This document shows, one piece after another, positions 25,914-37,575 of a stretch of DNA of 64,000 bases; position 1 is the stretch's first letter, and every line of letters begins with the position of its first letter. The notes beneath the pieces were generated by a model, which was not told the DNA's origin, made no database searches, and saw only the letters and a list, made by a program, of their open reading frames with translations. Both the position numbers and the translations under genes were made by a program. The stretch covers positions 496,001-560,000 of the forward strand of contig QPGO01000003.1 in NCBI GenBank assembly GCA_008632985.1, in the 5' to 3' direction. This DNA comes from Psammoneis japonica. Its lineage: Eukaryota.

Positions 25914-26456
25914 TCACCAACTCTTCTTGTTCTTCCTCGGCATGCTCGTGTGTTTTGCCTTGCTTTCCAAGACACTGACGCACGAGTGTCGTGCCGATCC
26001 CACCAAGACAACGAATGTTCCAGCTCCATTGAGTGTCGAGATTTGTGTTTGAAACATTGTTGTTGAAATCAAAATCATCAAAACTTGCTTGACATTGGCC
26101 GCAATGCATGATGTTAGTGGAGAAGTCAGTTTGTTGGCTTGGAGAGAACAAACATTGAGGGAAAACGAAAGCAATTCACTTGATGAAACCAACAACAATG
26201 TGGGGTGCAGTGTCAAATCTGTTCTTGCCAGAGTGGATGACACTTCACCTGTCATTGCACTCAGCAGCAAACATTGCACCATGGCAAGTGGCGTCATGTG
26301 TCCCAACAAATCCATGGGATGCAATTGAAAGGGACCTGTTAACAACTCACCCGATGCCACGGTTTTTGCACGATGGCCAGCTGTGCCATGATTTGATTGT
26401 GTGAAGCTCCTGTGGCCTCTTCCAGGGCTTGTGCTGGGAGTTGCATTTTCCAACAT
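25914..26456 (-). pseudogene. Triose-phosphate/nucleotide-sugar transporter (TPT family) gene relic, C-terminal part
   Basis: LHPMDLLGHMTPLAMVQCLL...FSLNVCSLQANKLTSPLTSCIAANVKQVLMILIST..F...ISTLNGAG...VLVGSARHSCVS matches TPT-family helices, with expected Tyr replaced by His/Cys. No intact N-terminus found. Confidence 0.7.
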
Positions 26457-27952
26457 GTGCTTCTGTCAGATCAGCTTCAGCTGTCAACAGCCTGCACACA
26501 CAGGAAAGCAGCATCACTGGCGGCTGCTGCAGGGATGCCTGCTGTGCTGGCGCTGTTGTCGGTGCTTGTGGTGGCAGGCAACTTGTCCCACAAACAGGCT
26601 CACAGCAAGATTGTTTGCCAGCATGGCTTTCTGCCACAGCCAAGCAGTTGCTGAGACAGCCAGCAAATTTCTCAACCTGGTTCATTCTTCTGACACTCTC
26701 TCACCCCTTGACTGCCACATTTGCACTGAAGGTTTCATGGATCTCAGAACATCTGTGGGGTGTTAAAAGCCAAAGTCTCTTTGCTGCTTGCAACAACCGT
26801 GTCAAACATGGTTTTGCCATGCCAACTTGGTCAACAAGAGAGCTGTGCTTGAGCTCAGACTCTTTCAAGCTGCACGCCGCCAATGCAGCCCATTGTGTTG
26901 AGCTGCCAGCTGTTTGTTGTTGGCCAAGAAACAGCAGAAATGCCAGGGTGAAGAAGTGCGGTCAAAACTTGCAAGTCAATTGCAGGATCGGGGATGGAAC
27001 ATTTCATTGCAACAACCTCGCCCTTGTTCAGTGTCTGTTGTAAGCTGGCAGAGCAGCCAGCTTTTTTTTCATGCAGGTTCTTGCTGGCACTCTGAGGCAC
27101 TTGTTTGGCCTTTCTTCCAACTCTTGCTGCCCAACCTCGTCAACCATGTCCATGTGCAAGACAGAAGAAGCTTGTGAAATGGAGTTGTTGGTTTGCAATC
27201 TGGGACAAGAGCTCTTCCAAGAATGTTGGTTAGCTGCATGTTTTTGGTGCACACCCATGCACTCCAAGCTTTCATGTGCTGCTGCTGTGCAACAGCGCAA
27301 GCCAAACTTGTTGAGAGCGAGACTCTCACATTTTGATGTGGGCGATGTGAACATTGCTGTTCAGCATTCTTTGCCAACTGCAATGACACAATCAATCACC
27401 ATCAAGAGGTGCAATGGTGCCCCCACTTGCAAGGCCTTTTTTCAAGCCAGCAGCTGCCCCCAAGCTGGCAAAAAGAGTCTCTCTGTTGTGTGGGCTCTTC
27501 CTCTCTCCTCTCCCCCTCATCCAATCTCTTGGAGCTTGAGTCGTTCTTCCTTCCATCTCATTCATCTTGCAGTCACCACAAATGGTGAATTGCAATGCCG
27601 TAAGATGGATGTTTTGAGTTTGGCATGAGGAGCAAAAAGGGATTGATCAAGGTTCGGATGTTCGAGGACGTCATGACAATGTTGTGTTGTGGTGCAAGCA
27701 ACTCGTGACCAACTGAGGCTCGTGACTCGTGACGACGGCTGCCCCTTGCCCCTGTTTGGATGTTATGTTGTCTGGGTCGATCTTCGATCTTTGATCTTTC
27801 GCGTCTTTGGTTCACTTTTCACTCTTTCACTCCATCAGCCTCAGCTTCACTCTTCACTGGACCAAGCATCGGTGTTTAGTGTGAAAGTTGAATGCGCATT
27901 TTCTTTCCTCGCTCGCTGGGGTCTTACCATTCTCTGTACAGAGATTCACAAA

Positions 27953-28884
27953 ATGGTGCGCACAGCTGAACAAATACGAGCGCGTTGAGAATTGTGGAAA
28001 ACTCGCCTGCCGCTCACTTGTGCTCTTCAGTTTATCACTTTTGACGCATTGAACGACTTGAAAGAAGAGATCGGACGTCTCACATTGGCCAATTGCTGGT
28101 TTACGTGGACCATTCTTCCATGCATTGCTGCCAATATCGGATTCTGGTCCACCTCCTTCATTCTCGAAATGGCCAGTCGCCCGGGTCTCTGTGACAACTC
28201 TGTGACAAGGTGGCATGCGGCCGGAGATGTCGGTCTTCCCTTTTGGCGGAATTTCGAGAGTCCACGAACATCACAGCCTCGTCACAACTGAAGCAATCTC
28301 TCTGGACTATACCATGTCCTCCTGTGATTGTCGGTGTCTTGATGGGTCGGGTTGCCTTGGGACAGCTCCTTCCGGCTCCGACTCAACCCTTTCCTCCTCT
28401 TACGAGATTTGTGACCGAATTACTCTTGCTGTTGCTTGGGTATGATTTCTTTCTCTATGTCACACATCGTGTGGCACACCAGATTGACTGGCTCTGGCCG
28501 TCTCACAAATTTCATCACGAAATTACAGCATCGAATCCATTGACATTTACCCATGTTGAATTTGTGGACGGAGTCCTGAGTGCAGCGACACCCGTTTGGG
28601 TGTCCGTCATGCTAGTACAGCCTACAGCCCCATCCTGTTTCCTATGCAATGTCGGTAAACACAGTGGTCTGGAAAGCTTCTACTGGAATCTCATTACGCT
28701 TCGATTCTTGCCAGGACGCGCTTCGGTCGCCCACCACGACCATCATCACCGTTATTCTCATTATATGGGAAACGCCAAGAATTTTGGTCATTTGTTGTGG
28801 GTATGGGACTGGGCGTTTGGGACCATGGCGACAACTACGACTCGCCAGCAACTGGATGACACGATTGACGCCAAGGACATGTAA
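27953..28884 (+). pseudogene. Fatty acid hydroxylase / sterol desaturase family gene, disrupted
   Basis: His boxes HRVAH, HKFHH, HHDHHH and the NFG..LWVWDWAFGT motif. The frame from ATG 27953 has an in-frame TGA at 27986-27988 and a frameshift near 28240-28290. Confidence 0.75.
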
Positions 28885-29776
28885 AGGGAGTATTTTCTTT
28901 GTTTCGCGACGTTTTGCAGTTTCCGGCGAACAGCCTCGAATCAAGAATGAATTTCCGATCTTTGTGATTAACGAACTCAATCCAATTGATTTTACTGACA
29001 ATGACTAGCAAGACGGAACCGATTACATCCCTCTACCAGTTGAAAACAAAACAAAATGGGACCCTTCTACAACTTTCTCGTGCCCTCACTGGCCTGGCGC
29101 TTTGCCAAATGGTGTACTCAAAAATCGACGAGGGTGACAAGTCAACGCTAACGCCATGTACGAAAATATGCCACGCTGGAAATGGGTCGGGCGAGCTTAC
29201 GGCAGGGCTTTGATTGAAATACTCGTAAAGACGAGAAGATGCGCCTTTTGAAAAATCTGTACGAGCCGGATGGATTTCAAACAAGCCTTGAGAAACGGAG
29301 GGACGAGGATATAGTTGATCGCGTATCATGGATATTGCCGTTGACGAATGCATTCATGAAGCCAACATTCGTTCCATGTGCGATAGCATGCTGGAAAAAG
29401 TGAACGCGACATAGTTTTAGTGCAAAACAGAATGCAGCAAAGTGGTGCCGGTCTAGGTGTTATTTTGATGGCACTTGCGGTATGCCCATACTATGGTGGT
29501 TACACTCTAGAGCGCGTGTGAAAACAATAGTGCGTTTGACAATCTGGAAACGACTTGGTCCTGCTCTTTTTGTACCTTTGTCATCCAAGGCTTTTTTGAC
29601 TCGAATGCTAAACACGACATCTTGAGAGAGACTGACAAAATACAAAGGATAGAGAAATACTTTGTGACAACGGAATGTGTCTTCATGTGTACACAACTAG
29701 GCTTGTTTTAGTCCTTAGTTGACTCTATACTCAAATTGTTGACGAAACATATTTGAAGAATGTTGTTGTTGCATGC

Positions 29777-30865
29777 TTAGGCACGACGGAGCTGCTGGTT
29801 GTTTGCGGCATGCTCGTCATCGACAAGCTCCCGAGATCCGTGAGCATAAAGGTCGTCGTTCATGTTGTCGGCCTGTGCCCTCATGTCCTTGCACATTTTG
29901 TCAAAACTTGAGGCAGAAATGAGGTGGCACTTACGGTCAACCTGCCAGGTGATGGGAGTAAAGGGGGAGCAAATCTCATTGTTACGGGCTGTACCAGTGG
30001 TGGAACCAGTGTACTTAGCAATGTCTGTTCCCATCTCGCCATCGACAATCATACCACGGAAGAGGTCTGGGTAGTAGTAGTCCTCATCGTTGACAATAGT
30101 AAAGACTTGGGACTGGACACCAATCTGCTGAGCAGTGTCGGTGATAACGCCGTCGCGGCAAAAGACACCATCGTAAAAGGGAGTCTGGTATTGGAAGGGA
30201 GTACCGCAGGCACCGGCAGCAGAGTGAGGCCAGTGAACTTCATAGGTTTGGCCAACCATCATACCAATGCAGTGCTGCCAGTTGAAAGGAGTGTTAAACT
30301 TGGGGTCGTTCTCGTCGTAGTACCTGCACTGGAATCCCTGACGGCCTTCGTGGAAATCGAGGGGACCGGTGCCGATCTCGTCAAACTCGCCAGCGGAGTA
30401 GTGCTCGGCACCAAGATGCCAGTGAACATTGACGGGGCACAAACCGGCCTCAAAGTAAGAAGTAGTGATTGGCTCGGCATCGGTTTCCCTGTCTCCATTG
30501 TAGCCCTTGGTGACATTCGCTCCGGATTGTTCTCCCGTTTGGGTCATTTCGTCAATGACACACGCAACGTTGGGCAAATCGGGACGCTTGCCCTGGCAGG
30601 GGTTGGGTCCTTGTACTGTAGAGACCTCGACCTCCTTGTTCTTGTTCTTTTCACTGTCACGGTCAACAGCGAGGTAGATGGTAGAGACGAGGAGTCCGAT
30701 GGTACAGGCTCCGAGGAAAGCCATGAGAAGTTTCATCCTCTTGAGAGCAACATTGGGCATGACCGTGACAGCTGAAGAAGCACGGCTACTAGCGGCGGTG
30801 GCATCGTCTTGGGGAGTCTTGTCGACAGGGGCGCCGGTTTCAATTTCGGTGGTTTCCTTGCACAT
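29777..30865 (-). CDS. Delta-class carbonic anhydrase with an N-terminal transmembrane anchor
   Basis: LCPVNVHWHLGAEHYS, GQTYEVHWPHSAAGAC, YTGSTTG, CSPFTPITWQVDRKCH and SASSFDKMC are TWCA1-type motifs. Likely start MCKETT at 30865. Confidence 0.92.
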   Translation of the reverse strand: MCKETTEIETGAPVDKTPQDDATAASSRASSAVTVMPNVALKRMKLLMAFLGACTIGLLVSTIYLAVDRDSEKNKNKEVEVSTVQGPNPCQGKRPDLPNVACVIDEMTQTGEQSGANVTKGYNGDRETDAEPITTSYFEAGLCPVNVHWHLGAEHYSAGEFDEIGTGPLDFHEGRQGFQCRYYDENDPKFNTPFNWQHCIGMMVGQTYEVHWPHSAAGACGTPFQYQTPFYDGVFCRDGVITDTAQQIGVQSQVFTIVNDEDYYYPDLFRGMIVDGEMGTDIAKYTGSTTGTARNNEICSPFTPITWQVDRKCHLISASSFDKMCKDMRAQADNMNDDLYAHGSRELVDDEHAANNQQLRRA

Positions 30866-30958
30866 TGTGTGTTTTGCTGTTGTTGTTCTTGCAGACGAAC
30901 TGAAAATTGTGAGAGAAGAGTTGAATGAATGAACAGAAGTTGCGATGATGAGACAAGG

Positions 30959-31185
30959 TGACGTGAGAAGGGCCACTTTCATGATGCCACGCACCATTTG
31001 CCACCTCATCTCATGACGACCAACGTCAAAAATGATTTAGGGAGGAGTTGAAGTAAAACCCATGCATGTTTCACAGGAAAAGACACATCATGACCAATTA
31101 CAACGTCACGATTACGTCAAACATGCACCATTGTTTAACGAAGAGAGTGAACTTCCTTTTGACCGACGTGTCTGGAATGTGACGT
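30959..31185. promoter_or_regulatory. Cluster of five TGACGT/ACGTCA (CCRE-like, bZIP-type) motifs upstream of delta-CA
   Basis: Motifs at 30959-30964, 31023-31028, 31103-31108, 31114-31119 and 31180-31185. Confidence 0.65.
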
Positions 31186-31589
31186 TTGGCTCACGTCGTT
31201 GCGCCGCCTGCCGCAACGCAAGCACTGCAGATGTGCAACGTGCGACGCACGCACGAGTTTGCCAATTGCCCGAGCGAGGGTGTTGGTGTGCAGAAATTCG
31301 ATGGGTGAAGCATCAAGAACCACAACACAAAGTTCTTGATCTTTTTTGTGTCCATTTGACTCAACAGATGTGGATTTTTTAATCAGACCAGTCGGGAAAA
31401 AAACCTTCCATTCACAACTTTCTTCCCTTCAGCAGCAAGCAGCGTGTCTTGAGTGCGGCGCGGCACTTCTTTGACCATGTTGTGCAGTGTGCGTGCACGT
31501 GTCACATGTTGTTCCATCCAGCTGCCACTGCTGCTGCTCTGGCAGCAGAGAGCACACTTCCAACTGAGAGGCCAGTTGGCTGTGCAGAC

Positions 31590-31849
31590 GGCCTGTTCCA
31601 GCTCCAGGTGCTCCGCTCGGGCTCGATTCCCATCATTTGGCAATTTGTGCATTTGGCGCAATTGACTTTTTCCAAATCCATTTTTTGCCAAATCGAAGGG
31701 CAAGTGTGCACTTTACATGTGTTTTTGGGTGCACACTCACCTTTCGATTTTCGAAACGATCAAAATTGAAGGAGCCAATTGCTTTGAACTGCACAGAAAA
31801 TCGGCCTCTCTCGCGATGAAAAGCAGATCACCTGGAGCTGGAACAGGCC
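31590..31849. mobile_element. 260-bp MITE with 21-bp TIRs and 4-bp TSD
   Basis: GGCCTGTTCCAGCTCCAGGTG (31590-31610) and its exact reverse complement (31829-31849); AGAC on both sides; internal imperfect palindrome at ~31690-31750. Confidence 0.8.
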
Positions 31850-31859
31850 AGACAGCGAT

Positions 31860-33420
31860 GCTTCACTTGGGGCTCTCTTGTTGTTGACTCAGGATGCCTG
31901 CCCCCACCTTGACAATTTGATGGCAAACCAATGAACAGCAACTTTGTTCTGCACAACAATCCTGTGAGGGAAACACTTTTTTGTGCAAGAAAAAAGCCAT
32001 GGTGTCTGTTTTCCGTGAGTCAGCTTTTTCATGGCAGATGTGCGGGGGTTGCCTTTGCTGCCAACAAGCTGCAGAGGCTTTGGCTGCTGCAAAGTCTCTC
32101 TCTCCCACAAGCACTCTCAGCATCTTTTGAGCTTGCAGCTCACAAAATCATGTGCAAATCTGGGTGTGCCATGCCATGGCAGAAGAAAGATTCTTTTGTG
32201 AACAACAGGAGCAAGAGGGAGCTTGAAATGCACAACACTCCTTGGCTGCAGCCACGGCTCAGCTCAAGTTTGCAAAAAGTTGTGTCTGTTGTGTCCAAGG
32301 ATCATGGACATGCCAGATCCTCTCAAGCTTTTTGCTGCAAAGTTGATCTTGCCTCCACCTTGCTCATTCCCACACCCAGCCACAGGAGCTTGCAAATGAC
32401 CACTTCCAGCACATTTTGCCACTTGCTGAGTGCTGTGCCCCAAGCATTGTTTCTGTGGTCTGCAATGGTTTTTCATTGGGCAAGCTCTGCAAGTGTTTCA
32501 TCAGAAACTGGCTGGTGTTTTGCTCTTCTCAAATGGCAAAAAACAGTGGAGAGCAGTGCAGCCAAAATGACAGCGGCGCCACCACCACACTGCAATGGCA
32601 GCCTGTGTTGCACTTGAGAAAATGAACAAACAAATGGGGGTGTGTTTTAAATTGTGGACTGCAACTTTGCCACTTTCTCTCACTTCAGGAGCAGGGTTGG
32701 GGCCAGGACATGCAAGTGGCAAAGACTGTGCAATTGACCCTGCAAAATTGTCAATGCCATGAACACCCCAAAGCAAGAGCAGGGAAAACAAAGAAAACAA
32801 TGGGGCCATGCAGCAGCTGTGCACCAACAAGAAAAATGAAGGGGTGCCAGGAGCAAGTCACTGCCAGCCAGAGCAGCGGTGTTGGCACATGCCAGAAAAA
32901 TTGGCATTGGCTTGATTGGTCATTTGCTGAAAACAAATTGTGCCAAAACAGAGCCAGCTTGTTGTTGAAAACATGGCATCATGTGATCAAAGCAAAGAAG
33001 GGTCTTGATCTCCAGGTTGAGCAAGACTTGGGCAAAATGCCCAGCACATCTGGATGACTGCACAAGCAGGATTTTTGCTGTTTGGAGCATCAAATGGATG
33101 AGACAGCTCAATTGAAACATTGGGCCCTGACAATGGCAATCACTCATGATGTCAGCTCCAATGGCAAATGGCCCCACACCACCTTCTGAGCCACCAAGCA
33201 CCCTTGCACAGCTTGACCAAAGGGGATCACCCAGCTGAACAAAGTGAGAGCCACTCAAAAAAGACTTTGACAAGGTCAGACATTGCAAGCCAGTCAAAAA
33301 ACAGCTGGAAAGCCCTCTTCACCACCTGTGGCAGGCCAAGATTCCAAGATTGCTGTCAAGCAGACGACCTTGGTGACATCAAACAGGACACACAAAAAGA
33401 AGCACTGGAGAATGCTTCTA
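31860..33420. mobile_element. Degenerate TG/CA-rich repeat block, family not identified
   Basis: TpA and CpG nearly absent; no credible ORF. Confidence 0.45.
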
Positions 33421-33747
33421 GCTGGTTTGACTAAACAACACCATATTACGACAAAAGAACTTAAAGCATGCGTTGTCAAACTGTCGACACTTCATCTGAC
33501 GATTTTTAACCCATTGATTAATTACAGCGGCACTACACTCTACATGCAGCGACACAACCACAAACAGAGTCTAGGTCACGACTCTCGCCATCAATGGCAT
33601 GCTTTTATGCAATGCTAACATTTCCGCGTCACATCCTGAAAAGGTGAAATGAATGAAACGGTGCAATTCATCTTGTACCCATTGCATTCCTTTCCATCAA
33701 ACACAGATAATCTTCTATGAATAAGAGTGGCTAAGAGACACCAACAT

Positions 33748-35575
33748 CTAATGGGTGGCTCCTGAGCTCAATCTACTGTCGGAGGAAGATCCACTGGAGC
33801 CAGTGCTAGGGGACGGCGGTACTCCAGCGCTAGATGCAGACGATGGGATTCCACTAGATCCAGGGTGAGACGGTGGTGCTCCAGCGCTAGATGCAGGCGA
33901 TGGGCTTCCACTAGATCCCGGCGAGGACGGCGGCACTCCAGTGCTAGAGTCGGAAGATGGGCTTCCACTAGATCCCGGCGGGGACGGTGGTACTCCAGCA
34001 CTAGATCCAGATGAAGGGCTTCCACTAGATCCAGACGGGGACGGTGGTGCTCCAGTGCTAGATCCAGACGATGGGCTTCCACTGGATCCAGGCGGGGACG
34101 GTGGTGAGGGCGCTGGTGGCTTAGGTGAGGGTCCGGGAGGAGGTGGTGTCGGGGGTGGTGCTACTCCCTCGCAATAGTTGGCAATAATAGCGCGACAGGC
34201 CTCATCTTCTTCGTCAGTGATGCCTCTGTCACGTCCAATGTCGACGTTGTCTCCAACAACAAAGAAGCACTCAACCGTATCACGTGCGCCACACCTGGGC
34301 CCGGTGCACACATCTGAAATGATTTTGCCGTCATCATTGATAAACTCGATTACAGAGCCTCGTTCGAATATCTGACAGTCAGGTTCACCTTGCAGCAGAC
34401 TAACTTGATTCTCGGTGAAACAAGGACAGGTAGCCGGGCATGATGGAGGTGGTCCAGTTGGGGGTGGCGGTGTCGGTGGTTCCGGCTTTGTAGGTGGCTT
34501 AGGAGAAGGCGATGGCGGCTTCGGTGAGGGACTAGGCGACGGGGGCTTTGGCGAGGGACCAGACGACGGGGGCTTAGGCGAAGGTCCAGGAGAAGGAGGC
34601 TTGGGTGAGGGGGCAGGAGGTTGTGGTCGAGTCGGAGCAGGAGTGGGAGCAGGAGTTGGATCAGGAGTAGGAGCAGGGGTTGGAGCCGGTGTTGCGGGAG
34701 GCTTTGGTGACGGAGACGGAGGCTTCGGTGATGGTCCCGAGGATGGAGGTTTCGGTGATGGAGCTGGTGGCTTCGGCGGAGTCGGGGGTGGCGATGGCTT
34801 TGGAGGTTTCGTTGGCCGCCCCGTCCTAATAGGGGTCGGCCGCGCCGTCGGATTAGGGGTAGTTGGCTTTGTTGGACGCTCCGTCCTATCAGGAGTCGGT
34901 CGTGGAGTCGGCTTATCGGTCGGTCGCCTTGTCCTTTCAGGAGTCGGTCGTGGAGTCGGCTTATCGGTCGGTCGCCTGGTCCTATCAGGAGTCGGTCGCG
35001 GAGTCGGCTTATGGGTCGTCGCCTTGTCCTATCAGGAGTCGGTCGAGGAGTCGGATTAGGGGTCGGTCGCCTTGTCCTGGCGGGAGTCGGTCGAGGAGTC
35101 GGATTAGGAGTCGGCCGAGGAGTCGGCTTATGGGTCGGTCGCCTTGTCCTATCAGGAGTTGGTCGAGGAGTCGGCTTAGGAGTCGGTCGGGGAGTCGGCT
35201 TAAGAGTCGGCTTCGGGGGCTTGCCACCCTTGCTCTTGCTTTTGCTCTTGCTTTTGCTTTTGCTGCTGCTTCCCTTCTTTCCGCCCTTGCTTTTGCTGCT
35301 GCTGCCCTTCTTTCCGCCTTTACTTTTGCTGCTACTTCCCTTCTTGCCGCCCTTGCTCTTGCTGCTGCTTGTATACCATGCATTCCTCCTTTTCCACATC
35401 CGCTGCAATCACAATCACAAACGCCTCCCGATCCCATGTAGCCATGGCAGATGCAATCAACGCAGCAACTCAGAATCCTACTCTTGAGCATACGAGTCCG
35501 CTGTCGCGGCTCTTCCGAAGCAGCACAAAGAGTGCTAAGAAGCACGGCGGCGATCGCAACAACAAACACTTTCAT
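33748..35575 (-). CDS. Secreted modular low-complexity protein (Cys cluster, [11 protein letters not shown] repeats, PTPRPT repeats, Pro-rich linker, Cys domain, [13 protein letters not shown] repeats) with two apparent frameshifts
   Basis: Signal peptide [19 protein letters not shown] from 35575. Frames switch near 35375 and near 35017, where one repeat unit is 1 bp shorter than its neighbours. The last frame stays open to TAG at 33748. Confidence 0.7.
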
Positions 35576-36510
35576 TGCTCGATTTCCAAGTAACGTATTC
35601 ACTTATACGATTGAGTCAGTACTCGAGCCTACTCGAAACACTCGATCCAGAATGGGGTGCCTCCAAACCTGGGCAAAACAAAAACAAAGATCAAAATATG
35701 CACGTGAGCCATTGTCCAAGGCATCAGTGGAACAAACAAACAAACAAACCGCGACACAACTACGCTGTGCTTCGAACACCGCAACAAGCTTATATCGGCA
35801 AGCCATTGCTCTGCCCTATCTTTCGATTGTTTCTCAGGATTCTTCTTACCTTGGTGATTCACAACGCTTGTCGATTGAACCAAGGTTGAAAAAGTGAGAG
35901 GCTTCTGGAGAGAAAATGATTTCCCACTTTCTGCGACTCAAAAGTTCTGAGCGTACCATTGGTACAAAATCTACGTGAAGGCCACTTGTATGTGAATCGC
36001 AATATTTAAAAAAATGGTTGTCCTTCGCCACTGATATCAACATTTATATGCGGGTTTTTATTGTTCATAATATTCAGACTTCCATGTTGTACATGTTCAT
36101 ACAATCTGTAAGTAAATTTCAAAAAAATTAATGTTATTATAGAATACTTAATATATATATTCATATCCAACGATTAAAAAAATCAACACTATCAAAGTTT
36201 CTGAGGTGATTCCCGTTCATTCGCATGTCTAGAGATCCAACGGAAATCACATCTTTCCGTTCACACGTGTCAGTTGAAGCGGGATCTGGGATTGAACGCA
36301 GACAATGCAACATTGTTGAGGCGCCAAGCACGGGGACGGCAAGCACACTCTGCAAGACACAGGTGCGCACCCAGAGGCCTTCTCAGCGATGTGTAGAAAT
36401 CTACACGATTTCGGTACAAATAAAGCCGCACAAACCAGAAAGGCGAAGTAAAGGAGCAACAGCAATAGTCACTCTTATTTGCCTTATCCAACCCCAAGCA
36501 GCGTTTTATC

Positions 36511-37416
36511 ATGTCTAGTCCATCGTTTGAAGAGTCTGATTCAACGGTTCGTACCGAAAACACAGCTAGCGACAGAGTCGTTGTTGTTGATTCTCGTTTT
36601 AGCTGCAACATTTGCTTTGAAGCCGTAAATGAACCCGTCGTGACGCAGTGCGGTCACTTGTATTGCTGGTCGTGTCTGTACAAATGGCTCGAGCCTGGTA
36701 TTTATCCCAGTGAACGGCAAATGCTTGGCGGTGGAATTGCAGCCTCCATGAGCACCGTCAATGAAAGCCGCCGTTGCTGTCCGGTGTGCAAAACGAATTG
36801 TTCTATTCCCACGATTGTTCCGATTTATGTTCGAAACGAACCACCGACTCCTGAACAGCAGCGTAAGCAACGAGGCGAACAACAACAACAGCAGCAGCAG
36901 CGCAGTACGGGTGCAGATAGAGAAGATCAAGAACGAACCAACCGGGCTGATGAGCTTGACATAGATGACACGGCTGAACCCGAGAATAACATTCGGGAGG
37001 AGAATCCTGGTGACGAGGATGATATTTATGGTCCTCCACCTGAACAAGAGGAGGAGAATACTACTACAGGCTTGCGACGCCGTTTGCGATTTCGCAGCCA
37101 CGATAGTGAAATTTCCGATGTCCCGTCTCGTCCGGGTCCAACGACGCCTCCTCGTCAATACAACAACAACAACCCTGCACGATCACCACCACCACCCGTA
37201 CACTATCATCGTCCACCCCTGTCGCACGGATTGGCTCACTCGCTGTGGCAGTCTCTAGCGACATCCACCACGGGCGACCAACCCATTCCGTCTCTGCATT
37301 ATCGACAACCAGTTCCGCAGCAACAACAAGCAGTGGACGATGATGCGAGTGAGTTCTTATGGAGACTCTTGCTCATGCTGGGATCCTTTGTCGTCTTGTG
37401 CTTGTTGATTTTTTAA
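36511..37416 (+). CDS. RING-HC E3 ubiquitin ligase, RNF5/RNF185/RMA1-like, tail-anchored
   Basis: FSCNICFEAVNEPVVTQCGHLYCWSCLYKWL...CPVCK...VPIYVR, a VPSRP motif and a C-terminal TM helix LLLMLGSFVVLCLLIF. Confidence 0.9.
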   Translation: MSSPSFEESDSTVRTENTASDRVVVVDSRFSCNICFEAVNEPVVTQCGHLYCWSCLYKWLEPGIYPSERQMLGGGIAASMSTVNESRRCCPVCKTNCSIPTIVPIYVRNEPPTPEQQRKQRGEQQQQQQQRSTGADREDQERTNRADELDIDDTAEPENNIREENPGDEDDIYGPPPEQEEENTTTGLRRRLRFRSHDSEISDVPSRPGPTTPPRQYNNNNPARSPPPPVHYHRPPLSHGLAHSLWQSLATSTTGDQPIPSLHYRQPVPQQQQAVDDDASEFLWRLLLMLGSFVVLCLLIF

Positions 37417-37575
37417 AAGAGTAAAGAGGTTAAGAGTCCTTTTTTGTATTGAGTTGCAATTGACGCAACGAAATGAAGCAAAAGAAAATACCACAATGGT
37501 CATTAAAACAAATAACATCTAGAGAGATTACACATGCATATCACAAGCGAATATACAACGCGGAGTGCAGCCTCT

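Noticed and set aside
34800..35220. CRISPR-like regularly spaced repeats
   Set aside because: These are coding tandem repeats (PTPRPT units) without unique spacers, in a eukaryotic gene with no cas genes.
34415..35487. Gly-rich + strand ORFs
   Set aside because: Antisense shadows of the Pro-rich minus-strand gene, which carries the signal peptide.
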